Positions 48,003 through 61,659 of a stretch of 64,000 bases of DNA are shown piece by piece; position 1 is the stretch's first letter, and each line of letters opens with the position of its first letter. The DNA lies in the NCBI GenBank assembly GCA_002269645.1, contig NIVC01000239.1, forward strand, positions 1 through 64,000, read 5' to 3'. Both the position numbers and the translations under genes were made by a program. The stretch is from Macrostomum lignano (lineage: Eukaryota). The notes under the pieces were generated by a model that was given only the letters and a program-made list of their open reading frames with translations, was not told the DNA's origin and searched no databases.

Positions 48003-48768
48003 AGCACTCGGTCAACAAGAGTTTGAGCACTCGGTCAACAAGAATTTGAGCACTCAGTCAACAAGGGTTTGAGCACTCTGTCAAGAGTTTGAGCACTGTG
48101 TCAAGGGTTTGAGCACTGTGTCAAGGGTTTGAGCACTCGGTCAAGAGCTTGAGCACTCGGTCAAGAGTTTGAGCATTCGATCAAGAGCTTGAGCACTCGG
48201 ACAAGAGTTTGAGCATACGGTCAAGAGCTTGAGCACTCGGACAAGAGTTTGAGCATACGGTCAAGAGCTTGAGCACTCGGTCAAGAGCTTGAGCATTTGG
48301 TCAAGAGTTTGAGCACTCGGTCAAGAGTTTGAGCATTCGGTCAAGAGTTTGAGCAGTCGGACAAGAGTTTGAGCATTCGGTCAAGAGTTTGAGCACTCGG
48401 ACAAGAGTTTGAGCACTCGGACAAGAGTTTGAGCAGTCGGACAAGAGTTTGAGCACTCGGACAAGAGTTTGAGCACTCGGTCAAGAGTTTGAGGACTCGG
48501 TCAAGAGTTTGAGCACTCGGACAAGAGTTTGAGCATTCGGTCAAGAGTTTGAGCACTCGGACAAGAGTTTGAGCACTCGGACAAGAGTTTGAGCACTCGG
48601 ACAAGAGTTTGAGCACTCGGACAAGAGTTTGAGCATTCGGTCAAGAGTTTGAGCACTCGGACAAGAGTTTGAGCACTCGGACAAGAGTTTGAGCACTCGG
48701 ACAAGAGTTTGAGCACTCGGACAAGAGTTTGAGCACTCGGACAAGAGTTTGAGCACTCGGACAAGAGC
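48003..48768. repeat. 20-bp minisatellite (caagagtttgagcactcgga)
   Basis: About 38 units. Confidence 0.95.
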
Positions 48769-49329
48769 TATCAGGAATAAAAGCACTGTCGAGAAATTTA
48801 TACACCTATTATGCACTCAATCTTTTGCTCACAGAATGAAGTCATCATAACAGTTCTGCTCTTAAAAGATATAACTACGATTCAATATGGTGCAAAGTGC
48901 AGAGAAAAGTTACGTAGGCACAAGAGCCGAGTGTTGGATGGGTAAAATTGCAATTTTTTCAACAGTTATCAACTGTCTACTGCTGACTCTCTGATTGCCC
49001 AATTGCCAGCATTTACAATATCCGGTATTTAGACAGGTTATTACAGAGATGAGAGCAGCGGCTCTGGAATGGCGTGGAACACTGTCTAAACTCTATGAGT
49101 ACATTATGTCAACCACTCCATACATAGTGCACTGGCACCAAAGTCGGTTTCCGATGCCATAAAATTGTACCAAACTTTTCTGAACAGCAAAGTCCGATCA
49201 TAGTTGTCCAAAAAGTAAAAAAATATATTTTTATAGTTTGCCACCTCAGGTCTTAGAGACAAAAAGCTGTGGTCAGATGCCAATAATTATTTTGTGGCCT
49301 ATGGATAATACAGGCCTACGAGCAAGGCA

Positions 49330-49598
49330 GAAACTCTGACCACAGAATAACCACAAGGAATAACGCTGACCACAGAATAAACACAAGAATAACGCTGACC
49401 ACAGAATAAACACAAGAATAACGCTGACCACAGAATAAACACAAGAATAACTCTGAACACAGAATAACCACAAGAATAACGCTGTTTACAGAATAACCAC
49501 AAGAATAACTCTGAACACAGAATAACCACAAGAATAACTCTGAACACAGAATAACCACAAGAATAACGCTGACCACAGAATAACCACAAGAATAACTC
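49330..49598. repeat. ~29-bp minisatellite (ctctgaccacagaataaccacaagaataa)
   Basis: About 9 units. Confidence 0.9.
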
Positions 49599-51814
49599 TA
49601 TACTTAAAGTACGCTCTTATCCGTCCGATTCTTTCTATAGCTGGTCAATTTATCTATTATGCAACATGTAGTGTACGCTCGTAGCGTACAGCCCAATGGG
49701 TTAAAAATGACACCGATAGTCTATGGCCAATCCTGCTGACCGGGCAGACTGTGACGGTTTTTTGTTATTTTCTGTTTTTGGCGGTGAATGGTCCAAACCT
49801 GCACGATTGACATGTTCATAGTTTTGACTGATTTCAAAAGACATGTAGACATGAAGAGACTGGAGAGACTTTGACGGCCTGTTTAAATGTGTAAATTGCA
49901 TTGTGCAAAACTCCCCCTCCCAGTTGCCTTATGACGTACTTTGCGTTGACAGCCTTCGCATATGTCTAAATCACAGATGGCATGCAAAAATTTTGGGCCA
50001 TAGGGGCAGAGGGTTTAGCTGTCGCTGTGCATATAAGCACATAACAAACAATATGCACATAACAAACAAGCACATAACAAAATATGAAGAATAATTTAAT
50101 TTTTGAAAATATTGGAAAAAAGTTTGCAACATCTTGCAGAATTATTGAAAATCTATAAGAATCTTGGAAGATTTATTCAAGCTCGTTCTCTAGGGTTAGA
50201 GTATCTCAAGTTGAGTAGCTAGCTTTCGCGGAAGTTTGCTCTAGCACAAAATTGCACGGCCGCGCACTGTCTAAACAATAAAAGGCAGACAGGACGCTAC
50301 GACAAATCGAATGCTATAGCGTTTAGCATTGCGTTTGACACGTAGTGTATACAAATATAAGCTTATGGCTTCCTGTACGCGCGCACGCGGGCAGCTGCTC
50401 ACTGACTGTGGAAACAATAGAACAAATACCGGTAATAGAGACTGTTTGTATAGAGCTGATCGGCTGAAAGCAATAATCTCGCTGCAGTTTCCAGCAGTTG
50501 TAGTGGCTGCATAAATACCGCTCTTAAGCCGACAGAGCAGCGCTTCAGCGAGTATACAGTTAGTTGCTCCGGCACCACCGATCTTCCAATGCAACTACTC
50601 CGCCTCCAACTCTAGCCTGCCGGACGCACAAACACCACCAGGGCAATGGGGGGGACACAATGTGAGTAGTATTACGCACAATCAGCCATTCAGTGTAGTC
50701 CACAGCTTATAGAGAGGCGGCCAGGAGGAAGTCCACACTTCATTCGCACAGCAGTTTTGGAAATTCGTTGGCACTTCATTACGAGAATGGCTATAGAGGC
50801 GAGGAGAGTGCGAAAGAATGAGGGTGTGAAATGAGTTGCATTGGCAGGACCGCGCGCGCCATGCCAAGTAGATTGTTGTTCAATGACAGATACAGCGAGT
50901 TGAGTGCCTGAGTCCTTGGCGGCATTCCTTCAATTCAGGCTCATACAAGATCAGACGGTGTCAACTAGGCAGCTTAATACGGAGTTAGTGAGAGGCGAGT
51001 GGGCCCGCTTTTTCTCTCCCTTTGAATTGGCTCTTCACTTCCGCATACACATGTCTGCTGTCAGCCCTTCAGCTCCCAATTCCGCACCTGGGCTCTGTTA
51101 CACCGGCTTTATAAATCCCAGGGAGAAGGGGTTGGTGGCTACGGTTTGGGATCTCTTGATCCTATGAGTATGAAGTCCCCCCTCACAGAGGCAGCCGGTC
51201 TAGTGCCAGAGGGGAAACTCCTACAGACAGAGCGGCGCCCTGTCTCATAACTTTGCTGTCTGTCAGTACAACCGCATGGCATTGCTGCTATAGGGGAAGT
51301 GCAGAAAGACGCAATTATGAATTGCATTATTCTCTATTACGATTAACATATGCGGTTTATAGCTGTGCTGCGGTCAGCCCCGCTCGCTATAAATAAATAA
51401 TACGGCAAGCAAATGAATAATGGTGCCTGTGAATGCGCCATGTAGCTGGCTTTATGTTGCTTCCAAAGTCATTGAGAATGAGCCTCTCGTATAGTTCGAT
51501 TATTATTGCCTTCAATGTCAAAACATGCACGTAATTGCATGCATTTCAAAAAGGAAACAAGCAGCGGCAGACAGCAGCCAGATGTCGCGGTTTGATACGC
51601 TCAATGTGCTGGCTTCAAGGCATGAGTAGTTAGCTTACCAGGCAACTAACTGCACGAGTTCTGAGACGCCACACACTAAAATAGCTTCGATCTATAGCAA
51701 CTGTATCTTTAACAATGGGGAGCTCGCTTGTAACCATTGCGCAGCTAGTTTCTGAGTTATAGCTTTTATATTGGCCCCTATAAACTTAATCAATAATATT
51801 TTGCTATTTCAAGT

Positions 51815-53385
51815 TGCTTGTTTGGCATTTAAAGTTGCTGTTTTGGAATTTGAATTTGCTGTTTTGGGACTCGAGTTTGCTGTTTTATGAATTGAAGTTG
51901 CTGTTTTATGAATTGAAGTTGCTGTTTTATGAATTGAAGTTGCTGTTTTATGAATTGAAGTTGCTGTTTTATGAATTGAATTTGCTGTTTTATGAATTGA
52001 AGTTGCTGTTTTATGAATTGAATTTGCTGTTTTACGAACTGAAGTTGGTGTTTTATGAATTGAAGTTGCTGTTTTATGAATTGAAGTTGCTGTTTTATGA
52101 ATTGAATTTGCTGTTTTATGAACTGAAGTTGGTGTTTTATGAATTGAAGTTGCTGTCTTATGAATTGAATTTGCTGTTTTATGAATTGAAGTTGCTGTTT
52201 TATGAATTGAATTTGCTGTTTTATGAACTGAAGTTGCTGTTTTATGAATTGAAGTTGCTGTTTTATGAACTGAAGTTGCTGTTTTATGAATTGAATTTGC
52301 TGTTTTATGAATTGAATTTGCTGTTTTATGAATTGAAGTTGCTGTTTTATGAATTGAAGTTGCTGTTTTATGAATTGAAGTTGCTGTTTTATGAATTGAA
52401 GTTGCTGTTTTATGAATTGAAGTTGCTGTTTTATGAATTGAAGTTGCTGTTTTATGAATTGAATTTGCTGTTTTATGAATTGAAGTTGCTGTTTTATGAA
52501 TTGAAGTTGCTGTTTTATGAATTGAAGTTGCTGTTTTATGAATTGAAGTTGGTGTTTTGGGACTCGAATTTGCTGTTTTGGGATTTGAATTTGCTGTTTT
52601 GGGATTTGAATTTGCTGTTTTATGAATTGAAGTTGCTGTTTTATGAATTGAAGTTGCTGTTTTGGGACTCGAATTTGCTGTTTTGGGATTTGAATTTGCT
52701 GTTTTGGGATTTGAATTTGCTGTTTTATGAATTGAAGTTGCTGTTTTATGAATTAAATTTGCTGTTTCGGGACTCGAATTTGCTGTTTTGGGATTCGAAT
52801 TTGATGTTTTATGAATTAAATTTGCTGTTTTGGGATTCGAATTTGATGTTTTATGAATTAAATTTGCTGTCTGGGGACTCGAATTTGCTGTTTTGGGATT
52901 CGAATTTGCTGTTTTATGAATTAAATTTGCTGTCTGGGGACTCGAATTTGCTGTTTTGGGATTCGAATTTGCTGTTTTATGAATTAAATTTGCTGTTTTG
53001 GGATTCGAATTTGATGTTTTATGAATTGAATTTGCTGTTTTGGGACTCGAATTTGCTGTTTTGGGATTCGAATTTGCTGTTTTTGGACTCGAGTTTGCTG
53101 TTTTATGAATTGATTTTGCTGTTTTATGAACTGAAGTTGCTGTTTTGGGACTCGAGTTTGCTGTTTTATGAATTGATTTTGCTGTTTTGGGACTCGAATT
53201 TGCTGTTTTGGTATTTAAAGTTGCTGTTTTTGGACTCGAGTTTGCTGTTTTATGAATTGATTTTGCTGTTTTATGAACTGAAGTTGCTGTTTTGGGACTA
53301 GAGTTTGCTGTTTTATGAATTGATTTTGCTGTTTTGGGACTCGAATTTGCTGTTTTGGGATTCGAATTTACTGTTTTGGGAATTT
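51815..53385. repeat. 21-bp minisatellite (gaattgaagttgctgttttat and variants)
   Basis: About 75 units with a variant gradient along the array; source of the 553-aa and 495-aa spurious ORFs. Confidence 0.95.
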
Positions 53386-55029
53386 GCTGTAGGCCCAATT
53401 TAAATTTTCGCGTTGCTATAGAAACATAACTAGGGAAAGAATTTTTGTTTAAATGTAGCTTGCCCCCCACCCCAATTCTCCTATAAATACAAGCGAGTTT
53501 TGCGCCCAGAGAGGCTAACCGAAGTTTTACATCTTCTGGTTCCTAGGCGAATTGCCTATAAAATTGAAGAAGTGTTTCAAGCCTTCCTTCATTTGCTAGA
53601 AAACTAAGAGCGAATGCCCATTGGACGGAAGGTAGAAATTACCAAGAGAAAAAGACGAATAGTCTAAGCGCCAATTGCGTACCTGCAAAGAGCAGAGGCG
53701 TAGAGCCAATAGAAAAGGGAGATATATCCCATTAGTAATATTCGAATTGAACAACCAATGAGAAAGTCGTACCTGACAAGAGCAAATCCGTAAGAGGAAA
53801 TTGAAATTCACCGGGCAACCTCGATCCATTGGAGGACGCTGCTTTAGGACTTAGTCTTTCCCCCTCTCCCCCTAGCTGAACAGTGTCTTGCCGCTCGGGC
53901 ACTGCGCGCTACCAGGGCAATCCGTGCTTACGTGAAAGCCCATAGTCTTACCTCAGTTACGCCGTATTTTAGTAGCTCATAACGAATTTAACAAGCTAAT
54001 ATAATAAAATTCTAGAATTATAGCCAAACCCCCCCTACAACAACTAGGTGACATCGGTGGGATAGTTTATAATAGTTAATTACTCCTGCAACAATTTGGT
54101 GATTGCGGTGGGATTTAGAGAATAATAAAAGTGCCCTACGACAAATTGAAGTTGCTGTTTTGGGATTTCGAAGATGCTCTTAGAGATTTAGAGTTGCTCT
54201 TTGCATTTAATGTGGATGTATTGAAGATTTGGAACGGTGAAATATTTAGAGGAATACTAAAATACAGTCCAGTTTGAAGACAGCAATGGTGTACGGCTGC
54301 ATTAATTAAAAACACTAATTGCGTGACCTGACGCTGAAAAATAACAAATTCGAAAGGTGTTAAATAAATCTTTATTTAAACTACCAGCTAATGTAAACAA
54401 AAAACGTAAACAAACCGGGGATGAAATATAATTCAGTAAACACTGAACAGAACGACCAGAGCAATAAATAACTAGAAAGCGTGACAGTTATGGGCTGGTG
54501 GATAAATATTGTAGTGACCTAAACAGGCATTATTGCGGAAGAAAGGCAAGAGCACTTGCACCGATATAACAAGATTCTGTGTCCTGTGACATAATAAACG
54601 CATATTGAATTAAAAAACAAAAAATTCGTGAAATCTCGAAACCGACCAGCGCGACTCGATAGCACCATCGTTCTCATAGATTCGATTTCGGCGTTCGCTT
54701 TGGTGAATTATAAATTTCTGCCTATACGGAAATGTTTTTGTACTGACTACTTTCAGTAAGCTGCAATGTGTTGTTTAATTTCATAAAGCTTCGTAAAAGT
54801 ATTGTTTTTTTTACTTTTTGAACTGCTGAGATGTCAAGGAGCTACATGTAGTTTATTCAGAAATTTGTATTCCATTCTTTGTTGGCTCCACAACGGGGGG
54901 GGGAGGCGCTGATTGCAAGTGTTCATATAGGAGCAATCTCTCGCTGAGACTGTAAGATAGGCATTATAAAAATGTAAGGAAAAATGTTGAAAATGTGAAG
55001 CTGAAAGTGACCCTAGATATCAAGTGACT

Positions 55030-55440
55030 ATATACCACGTGACAAGAAATCACGTGACAAGAAATCACGTGACAAGAAATCACGTGACTAGAAATCACGT
55101 AACTAGAAGTCACGGGACTAGAAAGCACGTGACTAGAAATTTCGCCACTAGAAATCACGTGACAAGAAATCACGTGTCTAGAAATCACGTGACTAGAAAT
55201 CACGTGACTAGAAATCACGTGACTAGAAATCACGTGACTAGAAATCACGTGACTAGAAATTTCGCCACTAGAAATCACGTGACAAGAAATCACGTGTCTA
55301 GAAATCACGTGACTAGAAATCACGTGACTAGAAATCACGTGACTAGAAATCACGTGACTAGAAGTCACGGGACTAGAAATCACGTGACTAGAAATCTCGC
55401 CACTAGAAATCACGTGACTCAAAATCTCGCCACTAGAAAT
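55030..55440. repeat. 15-bp minisatellite (cacgtgactagaaat)
   Basis: About 27 units, most containing CACGTG. Confidence 0.95.
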
Positions 55441-55506
55441 TCAACAATTTCAAAAAACGAACTATGCTATTCAGGTAAACTCTATTAAACAATTGCCAGC
55501 CCCCAT

Positions 55507-58500
55507 TCACAGCTCCTCCCTAGAGTTTTCGCCAGTCAGGGTGAACCTCGGCTCGTACTGCGGCGCCCAGTAAGTGCCCGGCTCGCAGTCGTCCTCGACG
55601 CCTTTGCAGAACACACCGATACTTGACGAGCGAGCGAAGCCCAACAGCGAGCGCTCCTCGACCAGCCGGTAGGTGAAGGTGGACGCGCGGCTGCCAACAA
55701 AATGGCGCGCGTGCGAGCCGACAATCTGGTCAAGGATGGCCAGCTCGCCGTCTGTCAGCGACTCGGCCGCGGCGGAGTTGGCGAATCGAACAAGCCGGAT
55801 GTCGGCAGCCCCGGCCTTGAGCAACTGCTCAGTTAGCTGCGACTCCGCCTCGGGATCGTCCGTGGCTAGGAACACTGTGCTCAGGCCCAGCGACCGGGAC
55901 AGACGGATGAGCTGACTGGCCGCTGAGCCAATTGACGGTGTGGCATCCGGGTGGGCTCGCAGGAAGTCCAGCCGGCGCAGGTGGGCTGCGAGATAGGGAC
56001 CGCCTATGGCCGAGCCTTCCGCTGCCTGGACGGTGTTGCACAGCAGGTTGCGGTGTTCGCTCAGTGCATGCAGTGAGCAGTGGGCCAGTGCCAAAGGGAT
56101 ATGTCACACATTTTGTTCCATCGTGCCACAGGCTTATCCCATAACAACTCCCAACTAGCCACATCACACACCATCACGCACACACAGCCTAATTTCACAA
56201 CATCACCAACACAGCCTCATTCCCCATCCTCACCCAAAAACAGCCTCATCCCATACTATCATCCACACACAGCCTCATCCCACAGCATCACCGAAACACA
56301 GCCTCAACTCACACCATCACCGACACAGCCTCAACCCACACCATCACCCACACACAGCCTCAACCCACACCATCACCCACACACAGCCTCAACCCACACC
56401 ATCACCCACACACAGCCTCAACTCACACCATCACCGACACACAGCCTCATCCAACAACATCATCGACACACAGCCTCAACTCACACCATCACCGACACAC
56501 AGCCTCAACCCACACCATCACCCACACACAGCCTCAACTCACACCATCACCCACACACAGCCTCAACCCACACCATCACCGACACACAGCCTCATCCAAC
56601 AACATCATCGACACACAGCCTCAACTCACACCATCACCGACACACAGCCTCAACCCACACCATCACCCACACACAGCCTCAACTCACACCATCACCGACA
56701 CACAGCCTCATCAGCAAGTCTCACCCGCAGCCGCCGCCAGTCCGCAGGTCGCACAGTTCCATCAGCCACATCTGTCGAGTTCAAATATTGCTGGCGAAAT
56801 TCTGCAGCGAGCTTGCGCAACCGCTTTGAGAAGACCATGCTGCGTCGGGCCTAACGGCAGATTATAGAACCGTCAAATGTTATAATTTATAATTTAAATA
56901 TATACTCGTACATTGAGAACTTAGCTGCAAAAAGCAGTCACTCACGGTCCACCATTCGGGACTCCACTCGCTGTAGCTGCCGTGAATTACTGACTCGCCA
57001 CGGTCAAACATGACGCTTCTGTCAGATTGAATTCAACAGGGAGAATGCTTGGGTAATCAATGTTTCAGTTTGAGATGAATATGGGTAAGAAATTTTGTGG
57101 GATGAAGCTGTGCGCGGGGAATAGTATGGAATCATGCTGGGTGGAAGATGGTGTGGGATGAGGCTGGGTGACGATGGTGTGGGATGAGGCTGAGTTGAAA
57201 ATAGTGCGGGATGAGGCTGGGTGAAGATGGTGTGAGATGAGGATGGGTGGCAAATGGTGTGGGATGAGGCTATGTGTAGGTGATGGTGTGGGATGAAGCT
57301 GTGTGTCGGTGATGGTGTGGGATGAGGCTGTGTGTGGGTGATGGTGTGGGATGAGGCTGTGTGTGGGTGATGGTGTGGGAGGAGGCTGTGTGTGGGTGAT
57401 GGTGTGGGATGAGGCTGTGTGTGGGTGATGGTGTGGGAGGAGGCTGTGTGTGGGTGATGGTGTGGGAGGAGGCTGTGTATGGGTGATAGTATGGGATGAG
57501 GCTGGGTGGAAGATCGTATGGGATGAGGCTGTGTGGGTGATGGTATGGGATGAGGCTAGGTGGAAGATAGTGTGGGATTAGGCTTTCATGGTGTGGGACT
57601 GAAGTTAGATTCAGTAAATTAGTTGCTGATCAAGAGTGTCGAGTTAAAACATGACTAAAATAGAAGAAGTACAACTTTAGACTCACTCACCTGACGGGGC
57701 CCAGGCTGACCACGAAGTCAACCAGAGTTTTGGCCTCGGCCTGAACGCCCAGACAGGAGAACTCGCTGATTGGCTGGCGCTCGCCGTAGCCGTACATCCA
57801 GCCGAACCAGTGCTGGTGAGTCTTCAGTTGGTAGACGGGGTAGAAGAAACGCTATTTTAATCACTAAAATACTCGCTCTGTCATGGTATCAATGGTGGGC
57901 TAATGCCCCCCCGCCGAATGCCGGCAGTCTCTTGCTGCCGTTCCCTGTTCTTCTCCCTACATCCACAGAGCGACTCAGAGGCAAATTTACATAATTACAA
58001 TCAACTTAAAAGTCGTTTTAATAGGCCTAATTGATCCATTTTTTGTCTTTACAGAAATATTTTTTTACATTTAATTTAAAAAAGGAGACGTCCCAGTCCC
58101 GGCGTCAAAGTTTTCTAGTTTGAATGACTTTTGAATCAATTCAATTTAGCTATTATTTTTTATACACGCCACCGAACGACTCACAGACGAGTAGTAATAA
58201 GAGTGTCTTCCTTTGCAAGGCCGCGGTTCTACCCTCTCGAGCCATTTTCCATCAGTGAAAGGCAGGCTCTCCATGTAGTATACTTTGCTGATCGGGGACC
58301 TGTTGGTTTCTGGAAAAATGTTTTTGGGAATTCCTAAAATTTGAGCATTACTTTTGAGAATGTTTGAATTCTGTGTTATGTGCAAACAAACCGGCTTGGA
58401 ATTGGTCGAACTCCAGCACAGGCACGAATAGATTGAGGCTTGGTAAATCAAAGAAAGTTGACCAAGGCAGCTGGCCCAAGCTGCGATTGTTAAACCAGTG

Positions 58501-58750
58501 GTACAATTGTCCCCAGGGTGGAAGTACCAGAGTCCACTTAGTTTGAGATTGGTATAAGTTTAAAAATCTAAAATTAGTAATTAAGTCTCTAGATAATGTA
58601 GTTTTTATCAAAAGCACAGATGATAAAAATATAATTGACTATTAGCTCTTAGTAAGCTCATACCTGACCAGGTTGGCAAATCTAATATAGACATCACGTC
58701 GCAGGTTAAATCCTTCTCCATAGTTAACATCATATAGCAAATAGCTGGTT
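55507..58750 (-). CDS. POFUT2: GDP-fucose protein O-fucosyltransferase 2 (first, signal-peptide exon not identified)
   Basis: Phase-consistent exons 58664-58750 ([21 protein letters not shown]), 58392-58567 ([25 protein letters not shown]), 58185-58309, 57691-57821 (FGWMYGY..FSCLGVQ), 56946-57018 (SVMFDRGE), 56725-56850 ([16 protein letters not shown]) and 55507-56025 ([37 protein letters not shown]), ending in KDEL-like REEL. Confidence 0.95.
56160..56712. repeat. CA-rich minisatellite (cacagcctcaacccacaccatcaccca..) in a POFUT2 intron
   Basis: Tandem units; the reverse-complement array lies at 57135-57590. Confidence 0.9.
57135..57590. repeat. GT-rich minisatellite (ggtgatggtgtgggatgaggctgtgtgtg), inverted partner of 56160-56712
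   Basis: The unit is the reverse complement of the 56160-56712 unit. Confidence 0.9.
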
Positions 58751-61659
58751 CTAAAATAAGATTATATATTTATGCATTTGAGTATTTGTTATGAACAAAT
58801 GTGAATGCCTTCAAATATAGTAAAAAATCATTATTAAAAGCCTTTAATATAAAAAAAATCATTTTTTAAATAGCATATCTAAAAGTCTATCTAAAAATCT
58901 AAAAGAAATCAATTGACATTGTATTTCAAACAAGAAAATATAAATATTAGCAGCAACTTGTAATGATAAAATATTGATCCACAGTTTAGATATTTCTATT
59001 ATTAAAATTATAAGGATAAAAAACTAATTTTTTAGTCACAAACTATTTAAAAAAATCTTAAAAATGCCCTAACATAAAAGTATGTAGAAAAGGTAAAACT
59101 CTCAGCCAGATTTATAAATTCAAACCTTAATCCGTCGGCGCCCAGGATTTTAAGATTATTTAATAGCATTATTGAAAAACAGAAAGATATCCAGACTGAA
59201 TTCATCTTTAATCTTTACTCATACGTCTCACGAAGAACTAAAAATCAACAAAAGATACTCCGAATCTCCGACACTGATAAAAACAGATGAAGAGAAATAG
59301 AGCAAGCGATTTCCTGGAATCGATTGCGTTTCAAAAAGTTTCCTTTGAAATATCACACTAAGAAGTTAATGTAAATGTAACTTTCAATGCGCATTTTACT
59401 GAAAGCAATTGAGTACTTGCAATCAAATATGCTTTCCATCTATGGTTCATAGTTAATTTTGAAGCGCCAGTGGCTGCGCAAAGGAATAAAAAACTTCCTT
59501 TCCGTTTAATCCGATTTAGACTTTAATCCGTTTCCAATTTTTTTAAAAGAATAACTGAAAGCCAATAGTTTCTGCATTATAAAAATCTAAAATATAAACC
59601 AAGCTTGTTAATTAAACGCTTGCAAAAATAACGATAATTTACCACATAATTTGTTAGTCTAGCGGCAAAATGTGTTCGCGAAAAAATTCAAACGAAATAA
59701 AGAAATTTCGAAATTTATATAACTAATAGCTATTATTATTACTATTATTTTTGGTGAGTGAATTCTTTACTAACTACCGGGGGAAAGTTATAACTTTCAA
59801 CTCAAGCCTCAAGTAAAAAGAAAAATTAATACATCGAGAAATACTAAACGAGTCAATGTTTGAATAGAGCCTTGCTGAGGAGCTTATTTTTTATAGAAAA
59901 TGCCTTTTATTCAATGCTTTACTGCTTGATATTGTTATTTTTAGATGATTATGCATGCGAGTCCATAATCATAATCATTATCATTACGAGTCCATGACAA
60001 GCCTTAGGCTTAACTCTATTTTTACTATGACTATTAGAATTTATCCTTGAATGATTGAGTTTATGCCTAAATTATCCTCTAGCATAGAGGAGGCTATAGA
60101 AGAGATAGTTCTCTAGCATAAGAAATATACTGGGTTCATTTTTGCCATTAGGCATTAATATGGTTTATGACTAGGTGTATAAAGTTATATTTGCTTAGGG
60201 CTAGGCACAAAATGAATTTATTGGCATAAGTAAAAATTGTATTTTATGCCATTTAGCATAAAATTGGTGTTTTTTGGGGAGGGGTGAATAATTTTTTTTG
60301 GTGTCCTAGCATCTAGGTTAAAAACCATATATGATTTTGATTATGTGCACTATTTGGCAAGATTTTGCCTACAAGAATCCTAAAATAGTATAATATCAAA
60401 GAAAAAATAATGAAAAGTATTAACATAAATGCTAGGACTAAACCTAAAGAAAAGGTTTTGGCTAGAATAAAAACATTATAGACTAGTTTACTTGAAATAT
60501 ATGGGGAAATCCTTTTTAGTTAGATTCAAATCTAGAAAATTTTGAATTTGGTAGGGGCATAGAATATATTTTTAATTATTTATTTATTTAATAATGTTTT
60601 ATTAGCATAAAAATCAAATCTAAATTTTAGGGGCATGTGCCCTTTTCATCCCTTTAAATTGACTATTGAAATATATACAAAGCATAATATTGTAAGATAT
60701 GTTAAAAGCATTCTAATTCTCTATTTAATTTTTTCTTGGAAATTTACTTAAAGATTTGTCTTTATTAAATTATTTCTGAATATGAGCAATTATAACTGAT
60801 TAATATTCAAAACTATTATTTTTAAAAATGCTTTGCTTATATTATTTGGGCAAATCTATGTATCTAAATATTTATAAAAATTTTAATACTATCAAGTTAT
60901 AATATAAATGATTGCATAAATAAATTTATTTATTTTATTTTATTGTACTTAAATTTTGATATTCTATACCAAATATATTCTATATACTAAAAATATTGGT
61001 AGGTAGGTGGGTATCTATATGATTGATTAGAGAAAAAAGGCTTAACTGGTTTTGTTTGAACTTGCTCTGTTCAATTTAAAATTTTTCCATGACAGTACAT
61101 GCAATGTGGCTAATAAATTGCTTGATGCTAATTGTAGTCTAAATATATAATAGGAAATAAAAAGCCATTAAATTAATTCTTCTGAATATATATTTTACCA
61201 ATGCTATAAATAATAAAACTTATAGGTATTTAGAACTATCAACTTAGTGTTAGCACTTGCAAAATGTGATAATTTTTTTTGAGTATTGTTGGAATCATGA
61301 ATCTAAATTATTATCAGTCTGTACACTTTTCGTTTATAAAAAGACATACTGCAACATTAATACTTCACATTTACCTTGACTTTAGCATGAAAATAATATA
61401 ACATGATTGATCAGAGGATATATTTCTTTCTAAACTATTCAATAAATGAAAAAGCTGTAACAAATGGTTACTTAAAGGGTTTTTCAGTTTCATTCATGTA
61501 TTGTTTACTTCATTACAGTCCGTGGCTGCTTGGAGCTGCAGTACAAAGTCAGGCAATTCAGCACAGGGGCACCAGTCCACACAGCCAAGCTGCCGCAGCC
61601 CCATAGGATTATAGCGCTGCACTAGCTAAGTCACCAGTGCAGTTGGTTATCGATTAGCT

